In this document: piece after piece, positions 37,400-46,127 of the stretch
Numbering within the stretch: position 1 is the first letter of the stretch
Layout: the number at the start of each line of letters is the position of its first letter
IMG/VR virus record: IMGVR_UViG_3300024520_000003
Coordinates: 6,745-70,744 of that record
Reading direction: 5' to 3' (one strand)
Source of the DNA: a virus
Length of the DNA stretch: 64,000 bases
The notes under the pieces: generated by a model
The model's database searches: none
What the model saw: only the letters and a program-made list of their open reading frames with translations
What the model was told of the DNA's origin: nothing
Made by a program: the position numbers and the translations under genes

Positions 37400-40300
37400 T
37401 TAGTCCTCTTCTACTTCTTCTTCCACTGCAAATACGAGATTCTGAAGAGCTTCTTTTGACGGAGTGTGACCCGTTACCTGCTTGAAAGCATCCTTTAGGT
37501 CTTTAGAGTCAAGAGAACTGAACGATATTCCAGCGTAGGCTATCTGATTCATAACTGCTTCGGCTTGTTCTGCGTGATAATCCCAATCACCGTCTTTAGC
37601 TTTACGACTGACTGATTTATCTGAACGGTATTTTGATTCAGTTTTAGACGCCTTTCCTTTGGTGGGTTTCTTTGACAACCAGTGGAGACTCTCTAGAAGA
37701 TCTCCCGCTAAATCGTCACGCCCCACGCCGATCTTTAATCGAGGAATCAACTCCTTTATAATGAGTTTCTCTACGTCAGTGTCCCGATGTTTCTTTGCTA
37801 GTGCGGCGCTTACTTTGAAAAGAAACTTGGATGTTACTAGTTCCTGCGGGGTTCCAAAATCCTCTTCGCTTAACTCTTCATAGTTACCACCAAGATAGCC
37901 CATGTAGTTGGTATGGTCCTCAACGTTAGAGAAAGTAGGTCTAAAGTCCTTCGGGATTAACTCGGGTTGTTTCTTTTCGGCCTTTCCTTTAGGTGATTCC
38001 AATACAGATGATAGGTCTGAAATTGCTAATGATTTCAGTGCGTTACTGATACCTTCTTCAACTCTTGGATCTTTCGGGTCAAGTCCTTCTTTCTCATACT
38101 TCGCGATGAACTCGTCCTTGAAGTCACCTATCTCGTTGGCCCATCCGCGAGCGATTCCTTCATCCACTTTCTTTGGATCTGGTTTTCCACCACCGTTCCA
38201 GGCAAGAGCAAATCTCAACCCATCGACAAACTGCTTATCATTGACATCAAAGTCACTGTCCTCGTGATGGATATTCTCCTTCAGGAAGTCTTCCAGTTCC
38301 TGAGTGAACGCCCTGTCAATTCCCATAGCACTTGCGCCTCTAGCCGAGGATGGGTCGGTGTCGTCTTCTTCATAAAGCGCTTTCTTGGATTGTTTCTTTC
38401 CGCCTTTGGAGTCTTTGTACTTATAGTCCCAGCCCTTTCCTGTCTTTTTCTTAGTTCTTGAGATGTACTTCTTGACCCGGGCTTTTGATAGTAAATCCGT
38501 CATGCTCATGGTGGATTTCTCGACACCTTTGAGTTCTTTATAGAGATTTCTAATTCCCAGATTTATGTACTCATGCTCGTCAATCTCAAACTCTGGTGCT
38601 GTGTCTGGAAGCCTAAAAGATGGGACCTGGAATGCGTTGACGTGGAAAACGAAATCGTCCTCACTCTCTCTGTCGGCACGGTCCTGTAACCATTCAGACT
38701 TTTTGGCCACGTTTGGATTTTTTAGGTCTATTAGACCTTTAACCCTTTCCAGTTCCTTCTTATCAAGATTTCCTATTACTTGCTTTCGGTATTCTGCGTG
38801 GGCTTTGAGATCTTTTTTATTCGCAATTTTCGATAACTTGTTCGATCTTTCAATTGCTTTACTTTGGATCTCCGAAGAGAACTTGTTTCCATAGTTCTCT
38901 AGAACCTTTGCAGCGAAACCGGCTGCGGTCCTTGCGTCTTCATGTGCATCTTCAAGTTTGAAGTTTTCGGATTTGCGTGCGGCTGACATCTTATTGCTAT
39001 GATCTACCGCTCTTTCCCTGAAATCCCACCGATCCAAAGTATTTGAACTTGAACCGCTCTCAGTCTCATGTGCGCGGCGATGAGCATCACCAGCATCACG
39101 GTGCTCTTTGACTTTTCCCATCCAATGTTTTTTCTCGTGAGGACGCTCCTCAACCATATTTCCCGCAATCGCTGCTAGATCATAATTGCGGTCCATTTCT
39201 TCTTTGTGGTCTACTTTTTCTTTTTTACTACCTGTCTTTGCGTCGTCCTTGTATTTGTAGTCCCAACCCTTACCGCTTTTCTTTTTGGTCCTGGATATAT
39301 ATTTCTTGGTTCTGGCTTTGGTTATCAGGTCACCGAGATCTGTGAAGGACATGGACTTTTTGGTCCTTGAGCTTCGCCCTTCGACTGCACCACCGGTCTT
39401 AGCGTGAACCGTCATTCCACCTGAAGTTGCAGTTACCCCAACGTGAGCAGGTTTTCCATGACCTGCGGCACCTAGTATCTCAGCATCACTCATTTTCTCT
39501 GCTTTTGTTGAGTGTTCACGAACAGCCGCCAGGAATTTCTTCTGTCGGTGTTTTCTTCTGGGTGAGGATAAGTTCCTGGGGTTTATCGAGATGTCCATGT
39601 GTTGGAAGTCTTCGAATCCCATGTCGTTCGCAATGTTATCCAAGTCCAATGTGCCGATATCTAACTTGTGTGCGAATCCAGACCAGTTGGAGTTCTTTGG
39701 GCCTTGATTACCCCTTCGTTCCTCATGCCGGGAACTAGTTTTTTCCGACCTCATGGACCTTCCACGACCTTCAGATTCTTTCCATGGGATTGTGTGTTGG
39801 GCATCAGCCCACATACCGCCGCGGGGACCCCTGTAAGGACCACCCTTGGATAGACTATCGCTCTTATTCGTGAGCGCCTTCATTAGTATATTTTTCAGGG
39901 TTAGGGATTTTTGCGTTTCCTTTACCTTGTAACGATAAAGTGAGTTTTTCCCCGGCTCACGAGTCTTTGTATTGTAATTTTCATAGTCGAGGTAGCTTTT
40001 CTTGCCCTCCGTTTCCTTGGCATGGTGAGCCATGACGGCATGCGCATGGTCCCTGCTTTTTAGTCCATCGACACTACTGCTTTTCCCGTTGTGGCTGAAC
40101 CTCACTGAATGTGTGCCGTCACGATCCTTGTTGATGCTGTAGTGTGACCTACCGTGTCCCCCTTCACCGCGCAATGTCGGGTGGTTGTGCTCAGTGTCAC
40201 CGCTGTCTTTGTATTTGTGTCTCTGGGTGGGGACTGGGTGACTATGGTCCTCGTAGATTGGCTTTCCACTAGCGGTGTGGCCGATGATCTTGCCGCCTCG

Positions 40301-42556
40301 GGAGCCTTCACCACCTTTTTTTACGGGAACCCCTCCAGATCTCTTGCTTGATGGCTTCTCTCCCATTTTCCTTCCTCCGTGAAGTTCGTTATGGTGACTG
40401 GATGCTGCCGCGTAGTGAGCGTCCCTGAGTTCCCTAGCGTTATCTCGATCTGCACCGTCTTTCATTGTTTTCTGTGCTTTGTGGTGTTTATTGCTTTCGT
40501 TCATGTGAATATCTATAAAATCAGCGTGATCTTCCTTGGAATGTCCTTCAAGTTTTTCAAACGACGACTGGGAGTGAACTTTTCCATTCTTTGGTGCGTA
40601 GATAGGGTTACCGCTGGCAGTGTGACCGACGACATTACCGCCTTTTGAACCTTCACCGCTCTTTGCTTTGATGATTAGATTGCCTAGATCTGTGAATGAC
40701 ATGGCCTCTCCATTTCCAAGTGATTTGCCTATTTGCTTCATTGGGGAACTTCCGTGGTATTTTGAGTACCGTTGTTGAACCAGTGTAAGCAACTCACGTT
40801 GCTGTTTCGGGGACGCGATCCGTGTCATGGCCGACTCGACCGATATTCGTTTCAGGATAATGTCTTCTGCCAATTGTTCCAAGAGCGGTATTGCCTTGGT
40901 GAGTTCTCCACTCATTTCCAGGAACCACTCGGGTAGATCGAACTGCTCTAGGGACTCGCTGTCGTCGTCCTTGGCTGGCTCTGCATTACCTGCTCCCTTG
41001 GCTGGCTTGGCTAGTGCGGCCTCTAGGATGCTCTGTGTCGTGGCCTTAGCAATAACCTCGATTTGGTTATGCCATGAGTCGAATATAGACGGAGGGATGT
41101 AGGATTTCTTCGTCACTGCTGGAGTGTTATTCAGCGCATCTGAAACGAAAATCGCACACTCGTTAACGATCTTAACCACCTCTTTTTTCGTCTTAGGTGG
41201 TGGGGAGTCTCTTTGTGCAAGGAACTCGGCTGCTTTTTCAGCGGCTACGTTGGTTCGGAAGTCCTTGGGTTTGAAACCGCTAAGACCTACCTTGCCCATC
41301 ATTAGAGATAGTCCTTCACCGGATAGAGTTCTTCGCCATAGCGGTGCGTCCCCTCGACCTTTTTTGCTTTGGGCGATGTACTTTGCTAGGTCTTTGTCTT
41401 TGAGTGACGAGGTGTTGTGTTTCTTGGATTTACCCGTGAATGAAAAACTAACTTCACCCGTCTTTGTGTTGGCCTTCACGTCACCCGTATGTAACGTCAT
41501 CACGCCCTTCGTTCCATGTTTCCTGACGTGTGCCTGTCCACCGTGTCCTGCCCTTAGACCTGTTTGCGATATGATTAGCAGTGCAGCAGCGGTATCCCTG
41601 GCCGTTTGAGGTTGGGATGAATCGTTCATAAACTTGCGAAGTTTGCGTTGAGCGGCTGGGACTTTGTCGTTTAGTTGGCGCACTCGGTTCCACTTGTTTG
41701 CAGCGTTTCGGTCCATGAACGTGCTGGTGTACGCGTGACGCTTGTCGCCATTTGGTGCTCGCCATGTCATAACAGCACCAGAATGAATGTCTTCGGCAGT
41801 TGCACCATGGTCGATTAGATCTGTCACGCCGACAGGAGGTATCTTGTCCAGACCTTCGTTTTTATACTTTTTTACAAGTTTATCGCGTTCTTTTTTTGTG
41901 ATTCCTTTAGGTTTTTCCTTGTCAGGGATTGCGCGTCTTTCCCTTCCTGACCCTTCATCATATTTGTATTCGTAATGACCTTTAACACCAGTTCGCTTGC
42001 CCTTACCTGAATAGGTATCGCCTTTCGCAATGGACTTAGAAACCGAGGCAGGTGGTTTACGCTCTTCGTCCTTAGTCCACGGCCCATAATTTTTGTTCTG
42101 GAAACTGTTAACCATCGCGGCATTGGTTGTGTACTTCTTCACTCCGCTTGGCTTGAATGTGGCGTAGAACTCGTCCTTGGGCCACCCTGTTTTCATATAC
42201 TCTTCTTTTCCGAGTCCGTGTTCGTGATACCAAACACCTTGCTCAGTCTGCCAGTCCATCACAGTACCATCAGCGCGTTCAACCCATCCATGAGGACCGC
42301 TCAGCCCTTTGATTTTTCCGTGAACTACTCGGTCGTCATCGTGTTCACCAGCGGCACCAGCGGCATCGACATCCTTTCTCATGTTAGCGTATGGAAAGCA
42401 CATTCCACATGCGGCAGTCTTTTTCTCCCGCTTAGAGTCCTCGGTGTATTTGTATTTGTAATGACCTTTGACGCCAGTGCGTTTACCTTTGCCAGAGTAG
42501 CTATCCCCTCGGGACTTCAGGATAATTTCCCCTAACTCAGTAAACGTCTTCATCAC
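37400..42556 (-). CDS. 1718-aa polyvalent head-cargo protein containing a topoisomerase IB domain
   Basis: TGLRAG, FTGKSKK, KDFRT, LNNTPAVTKKSYI; several duplicated leader and tag motifs; ATGA-coupled to the portal gene. Confidence 0.8.
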   Translation of the reverse strand: MMKTFTELGEIILKSRGDSYSGKGKRTGVKGHYKYKYTEDSKREKKTAACGMCFPYANMRKDVDAAGAAGEHDDDRVVHGKIKGLSGPHGWVERADGTVMDWQTEQGVWYHEHGLGKEEYMKTGWPKDEFYATFKPSGVKKYTTNAAMVNSFQNKNYGPWTKDEERKPPASVSKSIAKGDTYSGKGKRTGVKGHYEYKYDEGSGRERRAIPDKEKPKGITKKERDKLVKKYKNEGLDKIPPVGVTDLIDHGATAEDIHSGAVMTWRAPNGDKRHAYTSTFMDRNAANKWNRVRQLNDKVPAAQRKLRKFMNDSSQPQTARDTAAALLIISQTGLRAGHGGQAHVRKHGTKGVMTLHTGDVKANTKTGEVSFSFTGKSKKHNTSSLKDKDLAKYIAQSKKGRGDAPLWRRTLSGEGLSLMMGKVGLSGFKPKDFRTNVAAEKAAEFLAQRDSPPPKTKKEVVKIVNECAIFVSDALNNTPAVTKKSYIPPSIFDSWHNQIEVIAKATTQSILEAALAKPAKGAGNAEPAKDDDSESLEQFDLPEWFLEMSGELTKAIPLLEQLAEDIILKRISVESAMTRIASPKQQRELLTLVQQRYSKYHGSSPMKQIGKSLGNGEAMSFTDLGNLIIKAKSGEGSKGGNVVGHTASGNPIYAPKNGKVHSQSSFEKLEGHSKEDHADFIDIHMNESNKHHKAQKTMKDGADRDNARELRDAHYAAASSHHNELHGGRKMGEKPSSKRSGGVPVKKGGEGSRGGKIIGHTASGKPIYEDHSHPVPTQRHKYKDSGDTEHNHPTLRGEGGHGRSHYSINKDRDGTHSVRFSHNGKSSSVDGLKSRDHAHAVMAHHAKETEGKKSYLDYENYNTKTREPGKNSLYRYKVKETQKSLTLKNILMKALTNKSDSLSKGGPYRGPRGGMWADAQHTIPWKESEGRGRSMRSEKTSSRHEERRGNQGPKNSNWSGFAHKLDIGTLDLDNIANDMGFEDFQHMDISINPRNLSSPRRKHRQKKFLAAVREHSTKAEKMSDAEILGAAGHGKPAHVGVTATSGGMTVHAKTGGAVEGRSSRTKKSMSFTDLGDLITKARTKKYISRTKKKSGKGWDYKYKDDAKTGSKKEKVDHKEEMDRNYDLAAIAGNMVEERPHEKKHWMGKVKEHRDAGDAHRRAHETESGSSSNTLDRWDFRERAVDHSNKMSAARKSENFKLEDAHEDARTAAGFAAKVLENYGNKFSSEIQSKAIERSNKLSKIANKKDLKAHAEYRKQVIGNLDKKELERVKGLIDLKNPNVAKKSEWLQDRADRESEDDFVFHVNAFQVPSFRLPDTAPEFEIDEHEYINLGIRNLYKELKGVEKSTMSMTDLLSKARVKKYISRTKKKTGKGWDYKYKDSKGGKKQSKKALYEEDDTDPSSARGASAMGIDRAFTQELEDFLKENIHHEDSDFDVNDKQFVDGLRFALAWNGGGKPDPKKVDEGIARGWANEIGDFKDEFIAKYEKEGLDPKDPRVEEGISNALKSLAISDLSSVLESPKGKAEKKQPELIPKDFRPTFSNVEDHTNYMGYLGGNYEELSEEDFGTPQELVTSKFLFKVSAALAKKHRDTDVEKLIIKELIPRLKIGVGRDDLAGDLLESLHWLSKKPTKGKASKTESKYRSDKSVSRKAKDGDWDYHAEQAEAVMNQIAYAGISFSSLDSKDLKDAFKQVTGHTPSKEALQNLVFAVEEEVEED

Positions 42557-44199
42557 TCCACCTCGATGATATAGGCTTTGACTCCTGGTTCTGCGTCAAC
42601 CAGGGCCAGTTTTCCGCCTTTCGATACTCGATTTGGATCGACCTTCCACTCCACACGACCGCTTCGGATTCCTTCCTCTGTGGACTTGGCAATGTCCTCC
42701 AGAAGACCATCTAGGTCATATTGGTAGTCATCATCACCTTCGTCGCCACCTTGACCATCACCACCGCCTTCAGATTCCTGTTGTTCTTCAGCCCTCATTT
42801 GGTTCCATGTGTTGACGTAGGTTGGGTCCAATATGACCTCACCCAGTGGAGTGTCTAGCTTGGGTAGATCGTGTTCGGCTCTGACTTCGTTGATTGTCCT
42901 GTAGCCTTTGAGCACTTGGAGGTCTAGTTTGACTCGCTCAGACTCGCTCATGGCGTCTTGGCCGACTATTTCAAAGCAAAAGTCTTCGTCCAGGGACTTG
43001 ACGACGTAGGTGTTCATCCAACTTTCAAGTGACCGGAGCAGGGGTCTTAGTCCACGTTCCTTGGATGCTATAATCCGTTGCTCTGGACCGCTGGAACTCA
43101 GTGAGGAAGTCTGACCCTCATTTCCGAACGTGAATCCAATCTCAGCAGGGTCCATGGTGTAGACCGCGCAGGTGACTTTCAGTAGCCAGTTGATCCAATT
43201 GCTGTATTCCATTTCTTTGTTAGATTGGGAAAGCGATACGGCGCTTAGATCTTCATTACCCTCAGGAGATAGCTGGAGGATTGGCACTCTTTTGGCGTTT
43301 CTTGGACCCGTCATCATAGCCATAACGTGTCTTTTGAATGCGTCAAACACCTGTGCGGTCATTGTGCTTTTCAATAAAAGAATAGTCTGTGCGTGGATTC
43401 CGTTTGTGAAGTTGACGGAATTGTATGTTTGAGCGTTGAGAAGGTCAGTGATTACCCGCATCAACTCCTCGAGTTCTGGGTATCCGTACCCGGATGTCTG
43501 AATCCACGTTCTTGGACGACGGATACACCAAGCCATATCCCCAGGACTGTAGGTATTGACGATCTTATCGTCGACGGTTTGGATATAGGCCACTTTCTCG
43601 GCGTCTGGATACCATCTGCCTGTCTTACCGTCCTTCTTGCTCCCCTTTGGGCGTGCTTTGCGTATTGTGGAAGCGTCTACAGGGACGTATCCGACCAAGT
43701 CCCTGCCCTTATTTCCCAGTCCACGGGTTCTTAAGATCTCAAAGTTGGCCTGATCGTATGTTAGTGAGTCACGCATAAGCATACGAACGAAGGGTTCGAA
43801 ACCGCCTGGACCGTAGACACCACCCGCATCCTCGATAACGGCCATGATTTCCTTGGCGCGTTTCTTGGATGCTTTAGTGGCTTTCTGGTCTGAGTCCTTA
43901 AGAACGATCCGATATCCGGACGAGTATGGGGACTTCTGAGGAACTGCGAACTCAGCGACCTGTTGGATTCGGGTCTGGATAATAGCTCCAATGACCGGAA
44001 CCCGGGAGATATTCATCAACGTCCAGTAATCAACACCAACTGTTCCTGGGTGAACGTCACTAACTACCTCATCGAGGGTTTGCATGGAATACATGCCACC
44101 CGTGGGAGCCATGTTTAAGCTCTGTGGCTCTGGTAGCCGAGTCTCTTCGTTCCTGTCAGCAACAGGACCCGCTTTAAGTAGGTCGGCTAACCAGCCCAT
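42553..44199 (-). CDS. portal protein (A511/K-like; start probably 44199)
   Basis: RDSLTYDQANFE, VDASTIR, GYGYPELE, MDPAEIGF, GLRPLL, TINEVRAE. Confidence 0.92.
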   Translation of the reverse strand: MGWLADLLKAGPVADRNEETRLPEPQSLNMAPTGGMYSMQTLDEVVSDVHPGTVGVDYWTLMNISRVPVIGAIIQTRIQQVAEFAVPQKSPYSSGYRIVLKDSDQKATKASKKRAKEIMAVIEDAGGVYGPGGFEPFVRMLMRDSLTYDQANFEILRTRGLGNKGRDLVGYVPVDASTIRKARPKGSKKDGKTGRWYPDAEKVAYIQTVDDKIVNTYSPGDMAWCIRRPRTWIQTSGYGYPELEELMRVITDLLNAQTYNSVNFTNGIHAQTILLLKSTMTAQVFDAFKRHVMAMMTGPRNAKRVPILQLSPEGNEDLSAVSLSQSNKEMEYSNWINWLLKVTCAVYTMDPAEIGFTFGNEGQTSSLSSSGPEQRIIASKERGLRPLLRSLESWMNTYVVKSLDEDFCFEIVGQDAMSESERVKLDLQVLKGYRTINEVRAEHDLPKLDTPLGEVILDPTYVNTWNQMRAEEQQESEGGGDGQGGDEGDDDYQYDLDGLLEDIAKSTEEGIRSGRVEWKVDPNRVSKGGKLALVDAEPGVKAYIIEVE

Positions 44200-44203
44200 G
44201 AGA

Positions 44204-44455
44204 TCACTCCTTCGATTTCGGCGTACTTTCGTCCACGAACTCACCGCTATTGCTAGTCAGTTCGGTCGTTGTTAGTGACTCGACTACCTTGTCGATTCCT
44301 TCATCGGCCAGTTCAAGCAGTTTAGATACCCACTCTTCGGCTTCCTCGGCGAGTTTTTCGCGAGCAAGAACCGCTAGAGTTTCCACGAAGCTTGTTGCTA
44401 CTTTGCGAACGTCATCCATTATTCTGGTGGCCTTGCAAAGCACTCTTTCATGCAA
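44204..44455 (-). CDS. hypothetical helical protein
   Basis: ORF between the lipoprotein and portal genes. Confidence 0.45.
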   Translation of the reverse strand: MHERVLCKATRIMDDVRKVATSFVETLAVLAREKLAEEAEEWVSKLLELADEGIDKVVESLTTTELTSNSGEFVDESTPKSKE

Positions 44456-44652
44456 CTAGCAGGAGGAGCCTCACCGACGTTCCATTTGACCTTCTTTTCA
44501 CCGCACTGGAAGATCACAGTTTTCGCGGGTTCTGGTAGATCTGGGTGATCTTGATACTTCACTGTCATTTTCTCACAGGTCGTAGCGCACCCGACGATAA
44601 GCACACCCATGACGGCAATAGCGGCTAGGAATCTTAACTTACCCTGCTCCAT
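44419..44652 (-). CDS. putative lipoprotein (o-spanin-like)
   Basis: MEQGKLRFLAAIAVMGVLIVG-C signal peptide and lipobox; in the lysis cassette. Confidence 0.55.
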   Translation of the reverse strand: MEQGKLRFLAAIAVMGVLIVGCATTCEKMTVKYQDHPDLPEPAKTVIFQCGEKKVKWNVGEAPPASCMKECFARPPE

Positions 44653-44869
44653 TGGTCGTGTCCTCTTCCTTGGTCTCTGGCATGATTGAGAGCTTGCCTT
44701 GTGCATCACGAAGCCCGAAGACAATGAAAGCCGTCAGAGCAGCCCAAATGTCCGTTGAGTATTCAGCAGGGATCTCCCACCCCAGTCGAGGCATAGCAAC
44801 GGCCATGAACAACCCAAGGGCGAGTCCGATTATTGTCTTACTTCTCCAAATCTTCTTATTAGTAGGCAT
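44639..44869 (-). CDS. putative holin (two TM segments)
   Basis: KKIWRSKTII, two hydrophobic helices, FGLRDA. Confidence 0.6.
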   Translation of the reverse strand: MPTNKKIWRSKTIIGLALGLFMAVAMPRLGWEIPAEYSTDIWAALTAFIVFGLRDAQGKLSIMPETKEEDTTNGAG

Positions 44870-44880
44870 TTTCCCCTCCT

Positions 44881-45261
44881 TTAACGTCGACGCGTTAGCA
44901 GTCGATCTAGTTTATCATCCATCTTGTCAATCTTTTTGCTTGTTTGTTTGGTTTCAGTTTGAATGGCATTTTGCTGTGTTTCTATTCTGACGAGCATTTT
45001 GGATTGTTCGTGGGTCGTGTCTTCGGTCTTCTCAACTCTTTTGCTTAGTTCCTCGTCCTTGATGGTCAAGCGTTCCCGGTGTTCGGTTGCTGACTCCATC
45101 TGGAACTGCATTTGAGCTTCTAACGTATAGTGGTTTATGATTGTGCCAATTATAAACGACCCACCTACGAAGATACCGCTAATGATTACCCAATTGTTTC
45201 TAATCCATGTCATCAAATGTACTTCCTTTACTTGTATGGTTCGCCCTTCTCGCCACCCCAT
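44881..45261 (-). CDS. membrane-anchored coiled-coil protein (holin/i-spanin-like)
   Basis: One TM helix followed by a coiled coil ending KIDKMDDKLDRLL; follows the endolysin gene. Confidence 0.55.
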   Translation of the reverse strand: MGWREGRTIQVKEVHLMTWIRNNWVIISGIFVGGSFIIGTIINHYTLEAQMQFQMESATEHRERLTIKDEELSKRVEKTEDTTHEQSKMLVRIETQQNAIQTETKQTSKKIDKMDDKLDRLLTRRR

Positions 45262-46127
45262 TTCTCAGGAATAGTTTTTCCTGGGTATCTGGAATGGTTC
45301 AAAGTCCCTGGGAATGCTTCCAGCAGACCCTCTTCTATCAACGGCAACGCAACACCTCTCCATATCAGTTCTCCCGGATCGGACGTTTTCATCCCATAGG
45401 ATTGCCTGTGTGCTGCTATGTATTTGATTGTTCCGCCCAGTTGCTTGGAGCGGTTTATAGCATGGATCACCGCTTGGCGACAGGCTTCAAGTTGACGCTC
45501 TGTGGGTGTCATGGGTTTTCTATTGGGTCGGCTTTTTGGTTTCCAGAAGTACCTTGAGTTGGTTCCGATTCCGCTGAAGTACCCTTCGCACTCTATCCCA
45601 ACAGACCGTGAGTTGAATGCCTGCGCGTGTGGCATCCTCCACACTGGATCGTGCATCCAATACGCAGCGGCGTTGTCTCCGCATGTCACGACATAGTGAA
45701 TCCCTAGCGATTTCCATCTACTCCATCCCTGTGAGTCGGAGTCTTTGACGGCCATTTGGTGAAGTACTACCGTGTCGACCGACCTTAGACGGTTCTTTCG
45801 TTTTCTTCGCTTTGCATCTGCTTCAGATCTAACGTCATGGATTAGATTTAGTCCGTTAGATGACGAGCAGTGTTTTTCGACCTCTATGTTGGCTAGACTT
45901 TGAATCCATGCAATAGAGTACCCAGGCAGTTCTTCATCCCAGTGGAACTCCCGGTCACTGTCCTCGTAGACAGCCTCTACCGCTTCCATGGTTTCGCGTC
46001 CAAATATCCCGTCAGCGCCCCAACGGGGAAGAGCGTATCCCAGCAGAATTAGGTTGCCTTGGAGCGACAGGACCGCATCTCCGCGATCCCCCATTTTGAT
46101 TGGATCTGGATTAGATCTCGCCACCAT
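45228..46127 (-). CDS. endolysin: peptidoglycan-binding domain + N-acetylmuramoyl-L-alanine amidase
   Basis: GDRGDAVLSLQ...ADGIFGRET; VVLHQ, HAQAFNSRSVGIE, AHR, SDPG. Confidence 0.88.
   Translation of the reverse strand: MVARSNPDPIKMGDRGDAVLSLQGNLILLGYALPRWGADGIFGRETMEAVEAVYEDSDREFHWDEELPGYSIAWIQSLANIEVEKHCSSSNGLNLIHDVRSEADAKRRKRKNRLRSVDTVVLHQMAVKDSDSQGWSRWKSLGIHYVVTCGDNAAAYWMHDPVWRMPHAQAFNSRSVGIECEGYFSGIGTNSRYFWKPKSRPNRKPMTPTERQLEACRQAVIHAINRSKQLGGTIKYIAAHRQSYGMKTSDPGELIWRGVALPLIEEGLLEAFPGTLNHSRYPGKTIPEKWGGEKGEPYK

Noticed and set aside
41080-41600. Integrase (tyrosine recombinase) reading of the R...K...R...Y motifs
   Set aside because: KDFRT and LNNTPAVTKKSYI fit topoisomerase IB rather than the HxLRH motif; no att site or repressor seen.
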